From: Eledone cirrhosa
Lineage: Eukaryota
DNA: 64,000 bases
Direction: 5' to 3'
Assembly (NCBI GenBank): GCA_964016885.1
Contig: OZ024741.1
Span: 84,878,001-84,942,000 of the forward strand
The notes under the pieces were generated by a model, which saw nothing but the letters and a program-made list of their open reading frames with translations, searched no databases and was not told the origin of the DNA. A program made the position numbers and the translations under genes. This document shows positions 44,300-58,729 of this stretch, piece after piece; within the stretch, counting starts at the first letter, position 1; the number at the start of each line of letters is the position of its first letter.

Positions 44300-45620
44300 G
44301 GTGAATAAGGATAAAGTACATCTTCTTAACAGCCTATTGAGTCATGTTAACATGCTTTTCATGAGTATAATTGCAGCACGAGTGAAGTCAGAACTTTACG
44401 CCTCATTTCCTAAAACATAAGCTGCGTATTAACCTGGAAAAGGTACAATTGAGCAGATCCTAGCTATTGAACAAATCATTGAGAAATCAATAGAATTCAG
44501 CAAACCTGTGCACATCCCCTTCATTGACTTCACAAAAGCTTTTGGCAACGTGAAACTACCCAGATTGTGGCAACTCTTAAACAAAACCTCAATTAAAAAG
44601 AAATGCATCAACCTACTGAAGGAAACGTTCACCAGCTCAACTGCATTTATCAAAACAGATTTGGGAAATATACGTTCTATAGACATCTTGAAGGGAGTTA
44701 CGTAGGGGGGGGGGGTGTACTATCGGGACTTTTTCTGTATAGTTATAGCTGCACTTATCTACCAAACTGAAGAAGAATGCTCTTCCGGCTATCAAATAGG
44801 AGGTAAAATCATATCAAATCTTGGCTATGCAGACGATCTGGCTATCATGAGTTTTTCTAGACCTGATCTGCAAAACGTTCTGAATGTACTGACCAAACAT
44901 TCACTGGAGGCTGACATACCCAACATCTCCAAAACAAAGTGTATGACAACTGATAAAAACTCCAACTCACAATTTACAACCAGCAAATTGTTCAAGTTAC
45001 GGAGTTTGTATATCTCGGTCACAAACAACAATGGAATGTTCGCTGTGCAGTATCGCATCGCTCTAGGTTGGGCAGCTTTCAACAGGAACAAGGAAGTACT
45101 AACATCAAAACGAGTTTCCTATCATTTGAAGGCTAAAAATCTTTGATACTTACATCCTACCAGTGGTGTTATATGGTCTTGACTGTGTTAATTGGACGAC
45201 AAGGTCAATTCAGAAGCGTTCTACATTCCAGAACCACATCATGACACTTATAACTAGCAAGCGGCTCACCGACCTTATCTGTATAAGTGGGCTGCTCAAC
45301 ATCACCAGTCTTAAACCAATCACATCCGTTTTCAGGGCAAAAGTGCTTAAACTGTATGGTCGTATCAAAAGATCAACTCGTGGTGTGAGTAAGTTATGCC
45401 TAGAAGGAAGGTTGGCTGGTAAGAAAAGCAGAGATCGGCAGCCAAAATAATGGCTTGATAATGTTAACTTTGTAACCACGGCATTTCGAACGACACATTT
45501 AACAAAGTTTTCTTACAGAGCCGAAACCTTAAACTCTGCCGTTAGTGATCGAACTTTGGGGAGAAAGATATCTCATGTTGATGCGCAGTCTGCAACTGGC
45601 GGAGTTTAGCGTCTAGAACG
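44300..45620 (+). mobile_element. Decayed RTE-group LINE, RT and 3' part
   Basis: FIDFTKAFGNV, NLGYADDL, RIALGWAAF, LKLYGRIKR, LEGRLAGKKSRDRQ, split over several frames. Confidence 0.8.
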
Positions 45621-46070
45621 GAGAACGGAACATCTTCCTTGATGATTAAATATTGATCCATTCAATCAAGTGATGGTAATATTTTCAAATAGTAAGTACA
45701 TGTCGAAATAGCGACTATTGGTCGAATATGAAATAAATATTTGCAGTTTGAAATAAAAAGCTACTGCTTTCTATATTAATTGGAAAATTCATGAGTTGTG
45801 CAGTCCATACAGATATGATACAAAACGTTCCGAATAGTTTGTGCATATCTGAAAAGCACACCATCCCTTCATTATTCATTTCATTTTTCAAGTTCTTCGC
45901 GTTTGTATATTATTGCACTAAAAGTTTTAAAAGAATATGAAAGTTTAACATTTATTTTTTTTTTTTTGTGAGAATCAATAATTTTTCTGGCAAATAATTG
46001 AGTTTAATACGTGTTGTTTTGTCTGTGAAAACATTGTCTTCTTTTTTTCAAATAGTAATTACGCTAAGAT

Positions 46071-46321
46071 TTCTTCTTCTTCTTCTTCTTCTTCTTCTTC
46101 TTCTTCTTCTTCTTCTTCTTCTTCTCCTCCTCCTCCTCCTCCTCCTCCTCCTCCTCCTCCTCATCCCCCTACTCCTCCTCTCCTCCTCCTCCTATTCCTC
46201 CTCCTCTTCCTCCCCCCCCCCCTCCTCCTCATGCTCATCCTCCTCATCCTCCTCTTCCTCCTCCTATTCCTCCTCTTCCTCCTCCTTCTCCTCCTCCTCC
46301 TCCTCCTCCTCATCCTCCTCC

Positions 46322-46367
<46 letters not shown>

Positions 46368-46390
46368 TGTCACTATTACTATTATCATTA
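46071..46390. repeat. (CTT)n-(CCT)n-(CAT)n compound trinucleotide repeat
   Basis: Visible directly. Confidence 0.95.
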
Positions 46391-46874
46391 ATAGTCACAT
46401 TTGTATGGCGCATCATCACTGCATTGCCAAGCACAGTTCTGTGTGCCTTGGGTATGTGCAGTGCGGTTTTTGTTGTTGTAGTTTCTATTGTTTTACGTAA
46501 TAGGAGTACGGCGCCTAATAGTGAAAATTGTGTGTGCTGTGTATATTTGTGAGTCCTGGGAAGTATCTATCTGTGTTTTTTTGTTATCATTCACAGAACA
46601 CCTATTATTATAGTTATTTAATCTGCTTTCATCATCTGCATTCGGGTTATTTCTGTCTCTAAATATTTATATTTGGTTACATTCTCCATTTTTTGGTAGA
46701 TACATAGTCATCTATGAGGATTGATACATTATTATGATTACTTTTTTTTTATAAGACCCTCAGACAACATGCTTCGTAGAATAGAGTTATATCCCTTTGC
46801 GTTCTACACATACCTAAGGCGCACCGAACTGTGCTCGGTAATGCTGTGTATACACGCAATAAAAATGAGACTAA

Positions 46875-47675
46875 TAATTGTTTCTACTTTTGTCACAAGG
46901 CCAGCAATTATCCCAGTGCATTACTGGTACTTTATTTTATCGACGCCGTAAGAATGAAAGGCAACGTTAACCTCGGCGGGATTTGAACTCAGACCGTAAA
47001 GGGACGTAACTCTGTGCATGGCGACCGACCCTCTACCGATACTGCCAATAATGATAATAAAAAGGGAAGCAGATTTGGCAGTATCGACATAGATTTACGG
47101 CCCTTTATTTTTTAGTTCAAATCCCACCGAGGTTAACTTAGCCTTTCATCCTTACGGAATCGATAAAATAAAGCAGCAGTAATGCACTTAGAACGATTTA
47201 ATCGATTTCCCCTCTTCCAAAATTGTTGGCCTTGTAAATAAATCAAAAACCATTATCATTATTATTATCATTATAGCACCGGACGCCCTACTTCGTGGCA
47301 GAGAGTTACGTCCCTTTCTGTTATGGGTTCAAATCCCGCTGAGGTTAGCTTTGCCTTTTATCCTCCCGGGGTCGATAAAATAAAGCACCAGTAATGCACT
47401 GAGGTGATTTATCCCCACCACACCCCCAAATTGCTGGCCTTGTGCTTATAGTAGAAATCATTATTACTTTGATAACTCTGTCATTGTTATTATTTAACCG
47501 GAAAATAGAGTTACGGCCCTTTACGGTCTGAGTTCAAATCCCGCCGAGGTTAACTTTGCCTTTCATCCTTACGGGGTCGATAAAATAAAACACGAGTAAC
47601 GTACTGGGGTCGATTCAATCCACTGTCGCCTTCCCCAAATTACTGGCCTTGTGCCTATACTAGAAATCATTATTT
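46875..47675. mobile_element. Cluster of four SINE copies (one -, three +)
   Basis: Approximately 46875-47050, 47072-47260, 47276-47465 and 47505-47675; each has the B box and core. Confidence 0.85.
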
Positions 47676-47684
47676 AGCCGGAAA

Positions 47685-48000
47685 ATTTGTTCTAATAAAC
47701 ATCAAGCCGCTACCTACAGCCTCAGATAAACAGGACATATCGGAGGGTCCTTGCTGTTCCCAGTAAGCATGCATTGTGGAGTGTTCCAAAAAATTGAGCT
47801 GGGCTATTGTTCTTTAACTAGCCTTGGAAGCTCTTCGAGATAGTACGTCGTGCTGATATGATGACTTTGATCTCATGACAGTTCCAACTTCTTTTCTATT
47901 CCCACTTTAAATCCTGGTACCTGTTAATTTTCTCTTTCTCCTTTTCTAGCACCCCTTTGGTGCGAGAATGATCCGACTATAACCACCTTCTTTCCGCCGA
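47685..48000 (-). mobile_element. 3' fragment of R4/Dong-type LINE, family 3
   Basis: Homologous to 48765-49035 and 63540-63800. Confidence 0.7.
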
Positions 48001-48019
48001 GAAGAGTAGTTTTCCTCTC

Positions 48020-48478
48020 TGAGATGACTGTAGCAAAAGAGGTTGTGGGGTGGACGAGGCAGAAAGGACTATTGACAGAAACTTTTCTCTTCGGTCAAAC
48101 CGTCATCAACCTTTTCAAGGTTCACTTGAAAAGGAAAGTAAGGCTGGAGAGATAGGTCCTGCCCCCCCCCCCACACACACACAGTAAATTTCCTGGGGGG
48201 GGGGGCATGGATGGTCCGTGTGAACGGGTCTACTCTGACCGTGCGCCTGTAGGCTGGCTGATTTGCAAAGGAGAGGGGTGTCCTCCTCAGGTGCGCTCGG
48301 TGCGTCGAGTGGTTCAGGATTGGTGGAGTTTCTGAGTAACCCCTGGGTATTCTTCGTTGGAGAATTTGTAATGTTATAATTATATTGTTTATTGTTATTG
48401 TTTTTTATATTATTTACTCGATTTCATTGTAAAATCCCATAGCCCGTGTCTATTGTGTTGTCCCCTATATGTTGGTTC
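48020..48478 (+). mobile_element. L1/Tx1 3' end fragment
   Basis: Resembles 53745-54260 and 59820-60260. Confidence 0.7.
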
Positions 48479-48481
48479 TTG

Positions 48482-48700
48482 TGGATTGGCAGTATCGATA
48501 GGGAATCGGATGCCATGCTTCGTGGCATAGAGTTCCAGCCCTTTACGTTCTGAGTTAAAATCTCGCCGAAGTTAGCTTTGCTTTTCATCCTCACGGGGTC
48601 GATAAATAAAGCACCAGTAATGCACTGGTGTGGATTTAATCGACTTTCCCCTCCCCTTCAAATTGCTGGCTTTGTGCCTATATAAGAAACCATTATTATT
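48482..48700 (+). mobile_element. SINE
   Basis: Head, core and (att)n tail. Confidence 0.85.
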
Positions 48701-48718
48701 ATTATTGTTATTATTATT

Positions 48719-49035
48719 GTTCTTTGAGTCTCAGTCATTGATGTTATTTAATTGGAAGGTTTGTTGAAATGAATATAAAGCCGCTACCTGCAGCCTCAGA
48801 CATTCGGGACGTATCGGAGAGTTTTTGCTGTTCCCAGCAAGCATGCCTTTTGAAGTGTTCCAAAAAGTGGGGCTGGACTATCTTCTTAACCATCCTTGGA
48901 AACTCTTTGAGATAATACCTAGTGCGCCTATGACAATCGCGACGACCTTGATTTCATGGCAGTTCCAAATATTTTTTAACTCCCACTTTAAATCCTGGTA
49001 TGGGTTAATTTTCTTCCTCTCCTTTTCTTGCACTC
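48719..49035 (-). mobile_element. 3' fragment of R4/Dong-type LINE, family 3
   Basis: KINPYQDLKWELKNIWNC..VAIVIGALG; matches 63500-63790. Confidence 0.8.
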
Positions 49036-52000
49036 TCGTGACAACAATAACAGCAACAACAGTACCAACGAAAACATCAACAATGACATCGATACCTGTA
49101 ACAGCGATCTCAGCACCACCAGCAAGACCAAGTAGTGTCGCTGAAGAAGGGACCACTTCTTTTGCAAGTGTGGCCCGAAATATCGAAACAGTGTTAGTCA
49201 CAGAGGAGGAGATGGCAGTCGCAAGGGCCAGCTGACAATAAACGCCAATAAAGTCTCCCTGAAACCTCCACACGATTTTTCAAGGACCAGCAGCTACGGA
49301 CGGTGACTTACCGCACCATAAGCAAAATGTCACATCGGGTGGAGAGACCCACGGAGGCTCAAATCCAAAAAGCCTTGGAGTGCGTCTGGTGCGCAAAACC
49401 CACATCACCCGAGGCAGAAAGTACGCCACAGTAGACGTACTTTTCGCCACCCCCAAGCGGCGAAGTCTCACTCTTTGGAAACCCTAAAGTTTGAGGAGAT
49501 AGTCTTGGTGCCCTCCTACTGCGGGTAGAAAATTGTGAGAGTCAAAGTGACCCAGGTCCCGCCCGACGTGCCCATACCTTGGATGGCCGCATCTGTACTT
49601 GCTGGAATCGAGGAGAAGACCACCATATTGCAAATACAGAGAATGGGAAAAGAGAACTGGTCAGGAATAGTCATGCAAATGCTAGTACAGACTGACCATG
49701 AGTGCATCGAGGCCATCCCAGAAATCATAGACCTCGAAGAAGGGCTCCAACTCCCTATAAGCGTGGAAGGAAGGCGCCCAAAGTGCTATCTCTGTGGGCA
49801 GAAGGGTCACCTCAGGGCCTTCTGCCCGCAGAAGACAGCCAAGAAGAGGGCCCCGCTCCTTCTGACGCCTGATCCTCTACTACCAAGAGCAGGGCAGGCA
49901 ACAGAGGCAGAAGGCCCTTCCATGGTGAGTAAGAGGGCAACGTTCGTGACACCCATACCAAAGACACGGTCAACTAAAGAAGCGGCAGCAGTGGCGACAG
50001 CACCAACAGTCGCAGTAGCTACGCTGGCGGTAAAATCGCCGGAGCGGGCTCCACTACCACCACCAACAGCAGTGGAGCTCATACCCCTCCCAGACGCCAC
50101 AGAATCTGACATGGAGTATGAGGCGGGAGGGAAGTGGCAAACGATCTGACACCCTTCAAAAGTGAAGGCAGACAAAGAGGGGTAGAGGCTGCAAGGAGAC
50201 TTGCAGCAACACCACCACCATCACATTCACCACCACAAGCATCACCACCAACAACAATTACACCAGCATCACCAAAAACGCCAACATCGCAAACGTAACA
50301 AAACACACCCAACAGCAATAACAAGAAAAGAGCAACAAAATCACCCCTCCCACCAAAAGGTACACAGCCATAAACATGGAAAATAAAAAACTCTTACAAC
50401 ATATAAAGCAGAACACAGAAATCACAGAGAAAAACTACTAAAGCCCACCAATACCAAGAACTCTCCCGACAAACATAATCATCATTGAAATCAAAATAGA
50501 ACAGTACAAACTTTTAAAACAAAAATTCCCCAACGCAGTTGGAGACTTCAGAGGGTCGGTGACTAAGAGAATATATACCGACATCCTCTTGGAAACACCC
50601 ATGACCAGCCAAATGGACGGTTCTACTGTCCCTTCACCACACGATCAAGGTAAGTGACCCTTTCTCACTTGCCCCGTTTCTCATCCAACATGGCCGTACT
50701 TAGAATAGGAAGTATAAATGTACGTGGCCTGGTGTCATCTTGGCAGCAGGGTCACCTGCTCAACGACCTTAGGTCACTAAACATAGATGTGGTGGCCATC
50801 AGTGAGACCAGAATCTCCGAAGCATGAGCCTTCGCACAGATCTTCGGCGGCTACGATGTATACGCATCTCCCAGCCGTCCAGGATAGGAGGGAGGGGTGG
50901 TAGTGCTTTTTCGGAGAGGCTTGGATCTCGCCATACGGGCCATCTTCCTGGACCCAGAAGGCAGGTCGGTGGTGCTGGACGTGACCGGCAGCGAAGGCAA
51001 TGCTTTCAGGCTAGTAGCCATCTATGCCCCAACTGGGGTAGGACGGCCAGATTACTTCAGACGTCTAGAGACCTTTCTTGGAACGTTCCGCTCTTTTGTG
51101 TTAGTCGGCAACTGGAACGGTATCTTAGATGCACGCTGGGATTATGTGGGGCTAGTGGATAGGGGAGGAGGGTATAAAAGCCTCACCAACCTGCTCAGAC
51201 GTTTTGAACTGTCTGACAGGTATAGACTGGTTTATCCGAATGTACCAATGGGGATATGGGCAAACCGCATCGAGTCATCCAGATTGTATTTAGATAGGGT
51301 ATTATGTAGGGAAACAGATAAGGCTAGTGTAGGTTGTCCACAATTTAAAGTAGTCGACTACACGGACCACAAATTTGTGATCTGTGAAGTTAACTTAGAT
51401 AGACTTCATAGACAAGGGCCCGGCTATTGGAAGCTAAACGCGTCGTTCCCGGCACCAAAGCTTACAGAGACCGGATTAGCGAATTACTTAAGCGTGCGTT
51501 GACGGGTGCGATCGTCAACAACAGGTGGTGGTTTACCCTGAAAAGGGCTATTAGAGTAGAATCGATAAGGTTTAGCAAAAGAGTAGTGATAGAGGAAAAT
51601 AGAGTAGAGGGAGAGTTAGTTAGAAAGCTAGAAGAGGCGTTTAGGACAGGCATCGCAACCGGCGTGCTTGCGGCGAGATTGGCACTCAACCAATTCTTCA
51701 ACGCAAAGCATGAAGGCTGCGTTATCAGAGCTAGAGCGCGTGCTCTAAGACACGAGGGGATAAAACCGTTCAATGGGCCCGAGTGGTGGAGGCACGACGT
51801 GGCAACAAGCCCACAATTCGGTCTTTGCCTGATCAAAACGGGCTCATGTTGCTCGAACTCTAGCAGATGTTGTGGCTTTTCAACAACACTTTCCTCGAGT
51901 GTTCGGGAGCGGCGGGATGGATCGGAGTATGGACTTCGGTGCATACCTCGACGGACTGCCGCGGCTCTCGACGACCGCAGCGCAGGGAAATACGGGAAGC

Positions 52001-54269
52001 GATGTCTGACTGCATGAGGGGTAACTCGCCAGGTTTGGATGGTCTACCCTACGAGCTTTATGCGTATATGCCAGACTTGTTCGGCGACCTCTTGGCAGAT
52101 TTCTACTGCAACTGGCAGCAAAACGGGAGCATTCCCAGTTTTCTGAGCCGGTGGCGCTGCGGAGTAAAGACCCGAACAAGGGGGACGTTATAGACAACTT
52201 CAGGCCCATAACTCTGCTACACGCAGAGTTTAAGATTTTGGCCAAGGTTTTAGCAAAGAGATTGGCACTTGTCGTCGGTGATCTGGTGGGAGAGGCGCAA
52301 ATGTGCGCCATTCAGGACAGATCAATCCACGACAACCTCCATCTCATGCGATACATCATAGAGAGGGTGGTTAAGGAACCTGACATGGGTGGGACTCTGA
52401 TCAACTTGGATCAATCTAAAGCATTTGATAGGGTCGACCATCGGTATCTGGCTGCGGTCCTCGAGGCGGCCGGTCTCGGGTCCGTTTCTATGGGCTGGAT
52501 CGCTGCGATACACAGCGACATCTGCTCGATTGTGAGGGTCAATGGTCACCTGTCGCATCCTTTCAGCATCATGCGCTCGGTCCGCCAGGGTTGCCCCCTC
52601 TCGTCCCCCTTGTACGTACTGGCCCTCGAGGCGTTACTTCACAAATTGGAGACGATGAAGGGGATCCCACGCGAACTGGGATGCGGCAGATCCGTGTCAG
52701 CTTACGCTGACGAGGTCACCGTGGAGGTGGGCTTGCAACTCGGCACATGGAGAGGCAAGTCCATTCCGTCCGACAGCGTCGTGGGGAGCTGTACGGAAGG
52801 ACTGGTTAAATTACTCGAGGTCTGGTTCGTTCCGGACCTCCAGATGGAGAAAAACTGGAGCGAGGTGGCGAGCAGTGTGGCCTCTCTCACCCAGAAATGG
52901 GACGAGAGGTGGCTGTCTCTGAAAGGTCGGGCGGACGTGTCGAATGCGTACATAGCGTCCGTCATCTGCTACCGCCTGACCGTCGTACCTTGCCCCCGCC
53001 CAACTCTGACCAAAATGGAGCGCCTTCTCTTCCGCTTTTTTGTGGAAGGGACGTGCTCCCATGGTCAGACAATCCAATTGATGTCAACACCCGTTGCATG
53101 GAGGACTAGGCATGCCGTGGCTGATGATGCGCAAAGGTGCGCTGAATCTGCGACATCTCTGGTGCTTCCTTGACGGTGAACAGGTGTGGTCGCCGTTTGC
53201 CAGACGCGTTTTTCCTCAGCTCGTCTGCTTGACGGAGCTGCAGTCCTGGATCAGGAAAAGACCGAGGGAGAGCGCTTGGAAGCTGGAATGTCTCCAAGCG
53301 CTCACCGCCCTCTACCAGCTGGGCACTGGTATCGGTGGAACATCCACCTCGGCGTTCTATAGAGGGAAAGAGCGACGACGTTCTCGGAGAGATCCTGGGC
53401 GTCGAAGACGATCAGCTGTTCGCTCCCTTCAAGGGAACTTTCAGACCGGGGCTTACGGACAACTTCCAGAAATCCCTGGCCTGGCAGTGCTACCGGGGAG
53501 CGTTGCCTGTTCGGAATAAGCTTTACAGGCACGGAGGTGCTGTCAGCCGAGCCTGTCAGAGATGCGCGCAGGGCGACGAAACCGTGCTGCGCGCACTCGT
53601 TCAGTGCCCGAGGATTGCTGACTTGTGGAGCTATGTCGAACAGCTGCTGTTGCGTGTAGGACGGATCCGATTATCGACTGAGTCCATTGAGCAGATAGCC
53701 TCGCCAACCTCCTTTAAAGAGGAGGAAGGGCAGGCAGTTTTCATCTGCCTGGTGGCCACGGCGAAAGAGATTGTGTGGTGGACAAGGTTGAAAGGGCTGA
53801 AGACGGACACTTTCCTCTTCGGCGAATCCCTGATTAACTTTTTCAAGTTTTACTTCAAGAGGAAATTCAGGGTGGAGCGGAAAGTGCTGTCTTCTAGCAA
53901 GTTTGTTGAAAGTGGGTGAATGTAGCGAGAATGGTCCGAGTGAACGGGACCGCTCTGAATATACGCTTGTAGTTTGAGGAATGAGTAACGAATTGAGAGA
54001 GGGCGCTTGCCCTGGTGGTCAGGGTGGCCGTCGTCTTTTGTGTGGTTTTCGCCACGAGTAACTCTCGGAGGTTTCCCCCCCATTGGGGAATTTTTCATTG
54101 TTTGAATTTTCATTTTTATTGTTTATATGTGTTTCTATGTCTTTTTTTCTTTTTCGTTTCTTATATAAATAATAAAAACACGCACAAAACCCACATCGTA
54201 CCCTCCTGTACCGTCCTGTGCCATCTGTAATGGTTTTCTTGATGTCAGCCCTTGTGGCCAACAAAGAAA

Positions 54270-54272
<3 letters not shown>
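49036..54272 (+). mobile_element. Near full-length L1/Tx1-clade LINE, frameshifted
   Basis: ORF1 zinc knuckle CYLCGQKGHLRAFC. ORF2 from ATG 50690 (MAVLRIGSINVRGL, APE motifs LDRVL and TDHK). RT motifs SPGLDGL, NFRPITLL, LDQSKAFDRV, VRQGCPLS, AYADE. C-terminal CQRC..ETV..C. Confidence 0.92.
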
Positions 54273-54301
<29 letters not shown>

Positions 54302-54303
<2 letters not shown>

Positions 54304-55426
54304 AGTTGATTTATCTTGCTTTATGTTCATACGAGTTATCACTAGGTCACAACCAGTGACCTCAAGAGACAACAAGGTCCGCCATGTTCAAGAAAGAACA
54401 TACATTCACACACATGCATCTTTAGGTGTTTAGACTTGTGATGTACTTATATTTACAGAATCTTCCTTAGTATATGGGCAGTTCCCATTAGTACTATCTT
54501 TTGTATTAAGTAATTATTAGACCCCTTAGGTATCATTCCTAGAGCGCCTACAACCACTGGTATTGTTTTAGTTCTCAATTTCCACAGTTTTCCAATCTCT
54601 ATCTCCAGGTCCTTATACTTGCTCAACTTTTCAAATGTTTTTATGGATACATTTTTGTCTATTGGAACGGACATATCAATTAACAGGCATACCCTCTTTT
54701 TAAAGTCCTTCAGTATTATATCAGGTCTATTTGCATCTATTTTTCGGTCTGTTTGGATGCTAAAGTTCCACAAGATTGAGATGTGATCTTTTTCAAGTAT
54801 GGGAGGTGGTTGATGCTCCCACCAATTCTTTTGATGGAGCAGGTCAAAATGCTTACATATTATCCAATGTATGTATTGTGCAGCTCTGTCATGCCTGTTT
54901 AGGTATTCGGTTGGAGTTATAAGACTGCACATTGAAATTATATGATCAATGGTCTCTGGTTGTTTTTTACATACACGGCATAATGGGTTTCATCCATTTT
55001 TTATTATGTTGGCTTGGTAATTTTTTGTTGGCAGACAGTGATCTTGTACTGATATAATCAGTCCTTCAGTCTCCGATTTCAGTCCAGAGCATGCTAACCA
55101 CTGATGGGTTAAAGTTTTGTCAACATCAGGATTGTTAGCTCGCTCTGGGTATTTTCCATTTCTTAGCCAGTTTCTGTAGCAGTTCTTTCTTTGCTTTTAC
55201 CTGTTTTGCTTTTTCTGTTTTCCATTTCAGCAGTAAATGCGTCTTCTGAAATTTGTAGTCCATTACTGTATCTTTGTGCATCTTTTGTAATGGAGTATGA
55301 TCTTTTGATGCTTTCGTGTTTCAAAACGAGTTTGATCATCCAATCATGTGATTCCCTTAGATATGTAGATAATCCAATTGTTGCAGTTTTCAACGCAATA
55401 TCTAACTAGATTAACCCACGCCCTCC
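54302..55426 (-). mobile_element. R4/Dong-type LINE family 1, 5'-truncated copy A
   Basis: RHD...RPDIILKD...LIDMSVP...KLSKY restriction-like endonuclease; flanked by (TAA)n. Confidence 0.88.
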
Positions 55427-55492
<66 letters not shown>

Positions 55493-55494
<2 letters not shown>

Positions 55495-55726
55495 GTTACA
55501 TTTATCTTGCTTTATGTTCATACGAGTTATCACCAAGTCACAACCAGTGACCTCAAGAGACAACAAGGTCCGCCATGTTCAAGAAAGAACATACATACAC
55601 ACACATGCATCTTTAGGTGTTTAGACTTGTGATGTACTTATATTGACAGAATCTTCCTTAGTATATAGGCAGTCCCCATTAGTACTATCTTTTGTATTTC
55701 CCCTATATGCGGGTTTCCTGGGTTTT
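55493..55726 (-). mobile_element. R4/Dong-type LINE family 1, short 3' copy B
   Basis: Same 3' UTR and IQKIVLMGTAYILRKIL; (TAA)n on both sides. Confidence 0.85.
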
Positions 55727-55745
55727 TATTATTATTATTATTATT

Positions 55746-57962
55746 ACAGTTGCATTTATCTTGCTTTATGTTCATACGAGTTATCACCAAGTCACAACCA
55801 GTGACTTCAAGAGACAACAAGGTCCGCCATGTTCAAGAAAGAACATACATATTCACACATGCATCTTTAGTGTTTAGACTTGTGATGTAATTATATTGAC
55901 AGAATCTTCCTTAGTATATGGGCAGTTCCCATTAGTACTATCTTTTGTATTTCTCCTATACGCGGGTTTCCTGGGATTTGCGATAAGTAATCGGTTTGGA
56001 GTTATAGGACTGTTTGCGATAGGTATTCGGTTGGAGTTATAGGACTGCACATTGAAATTATATGATCAATGGTCTCTGGTTGTTTTTTACATACACGGCA
56101 TAATGGGCTGCATCCATTTTTTATTATGTTGGCTTGGTAATTTTTTGTTGGCAGACACTGATCTTGTGCTGATATAATCAGTCCTTCAGTCTCCGATTTC
56201 AGTCCAGTGGATGCCAACCACTGATGGGTTAAAGTTTTGTCAACATCAGGATTGTTAGCTCGCTCTGGGTATTTTCCATACAGAGGCTTTTCTTGCCATT
56301 TCTTAGCCAGTTTCTGTAACAGTTCTTTCTTTGCAGTTACTTTTACCTGCTTTGCTTTTTCTGTGTTTTCCATTTCAGCAGTAAATGGGATTTCTGAAAT
56401 TTGTAGTCCATTACTGTATCTTTGTGCATCTTTTGTAATGGAATATGATCTTTTGATGCTTTCGTGTTTCAAAACGAGTTTGATCATCCAATCATGTGAT
56501 TCCCTTAGATATGTAGATAATCCAATTGTTGCAGTTTTCAACGCAATGTCTAACTGGATTAACCCACGTCCTCCTTCTTTCCTAGGGAGATATATATATT
56601 CTATCTATATCTGCCTTAGGGTGATGCATTCTGTGCATGGTTAAGAATTTTCGAATTTTTGTATCAAGCCTACAGATCTCTGTGCTTGACCAGTTGATGA
56701 CATTGTAACTGTAGGTTACTACTGGTATGGCAAGCGTGTTTATGGCATCGATCCTATTCCTTGCATTCAATTCCGTTCTTAAGATTGCTCTCACTCTGCG
56801 GTAACATTCCTTCCTTATACTTTCCCTCATTGTCGAGTGCTTGATTCCGTCTCCTTCACAAACACCTAGATATTTGTAAGTTTTTTCTTGATCAAGTTCT
56901 CTTATCACGTTCCCCCGATCAAGATTAATGTCTGAACTCTTCAGCAGCTTTCCTCTGGTGAACGTTGCTTTGGCACATTTATCTAGTCCAAACTCCATTT
57001 TAATGTCATCACTGAACTGCTCCACAGTGGATAATAGCCCTTGCAATTGTTCATCATTTTTTGCAAATAGTTTCAGGTCATCCATGTAGAACAGGTGATT
57101 AATTGTTTTGTCATAGACTTTATATCCATGTTTTGTTTCATTGAGCATTTTACTTAATGGTATAAGTGCGATGCAGAATAAAAGCGGTGATAAAGAGTCA
57201 CCCTGAAAAATTCCACAATTAATATTAACTTCTCCAGCCTCCAGTGATTTTGTTTCACTATTCAAAAGGAGTGTCGTTTTCCATGTCTTCATACTGAATG
57301 ACAAAAACCTCCTGACAACGGGGGATATTTTGAAAATCTCTAAACATTTTTCAATCCAACTGTGTGGCAAACTATCGAATGCTTTTTTATAATCTATCCA
57401 AGCAATCGATAGATTTTTGTGTCTATTATGACAATCTTCCAGTATCATTTTGTTAACCAGAAGCTGATCTTTACAGCCATATGAGCCTCGTTTACACCCT
57501 TTCTGCTCAATGGGAAATAGGTCATTTGTTATCAGGTGGTCATATGTGTATTCAGTTAGGACTGATGTTAAAATGTTATACATTGTGGTCAAGCAAGTTA
57601 TCGGTCTGTAATTTTTGGGATTGTTTGTCTCATCATTCTTCGGAAGCAGGAATGTAATGCCGTTAACTAGCCATGATGGTATCTTTTCTGGCTCCTTAAC
57701 TATTTCATTGTAAAGTTGGGCTAACAGCTCATGAGACTCTGTGAAGGCATTTATCCAAAAGTTTTGTATTTTGTCTTTTCCTGGGGATTTCCATTTGCTG
57801 GTTTTTCTTAGAGCCAAGCGCAACTGTTCAACTGTTATATTTTCCCATATTTGTTCCTCAAGGTGAGCTGTATTTTTCATTTGTCTGTCTATCCATGGGC
57901 CATGTATGTTATGAACTTTTTCTTCGGCCCAGATCTTTTCCCAGAATTCTTGCACTTCCTCC

Positions 57963-57963
<1 letters not shown>
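55746..57963 (-). mobile_element. R4/Dong-type LINE family 1, copy C with RT and an internal deletion of most of the endonuclease
   Basis: NYRPITCL, WIDYKKAFDS, GIFQGDSLSP, FYMDD, YKYLG, CRVC..ETIDHIISMC. Confidence 0.9.
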
Positions 57964-58014
<51 letters not shown>

Positions 58015-58154
58015 CCTCATCATCATCATTATCTTCATCAACATCATAATTATCATCTTCACCATTATCGCCATTGTCATCATCAATGTTATCATTTTCT
58101 CCTCATGCTCCTCTTTTGATTAACAACAACAACTACTACTACTACTACTACTAT

Positions 58155-58187
<33 letters not shown>

Positions 58188-58580
58188 AATGTATAGAGTG
58201 CTTGCAGTCATTCTGTCTGTTAGACAAAATGGTATCATTATTTCTCTGCAATTATCTTTACATTGTGCTCTTCGATGTTATTCAGGTATACTCTTCATGT
58301 TGCGACCATATTTAGATATTTAGATAAATATTACATCAATTGTCTTCTTGAAATTATTTACTAGAGTTTGTAAAAGTGTTCTGTTACATCTTGGTGTGGC
58401 TGTGTGGTAAAGATGTTTGTTTTGTAACCACGGCATTTCGTACAACACATTTAACAAAGTTTTCTTACATAGCCGAAACCTTGGTTTTACCAATACATTT
58501 TGAGCAGAAATTATTAAACTGAAACTCTGCGTAGGCTCGCGTATATGTACACATAAATATGTAAACACACATGCACGCAT

Positions 58581-58654
<74 letters not shown>

Positions 58655-58729
58655 TCATATATATATTTATATCACTTTACTTTTCATTCACCCTGTGGTC
58701 CCACGGTGAAGCAATATCCACAATACTTG

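Noticed and set aside
45998-46552. Poly-Leu/poly-Ser ORF
   Set aside because: Trinucleotide repeat translation.
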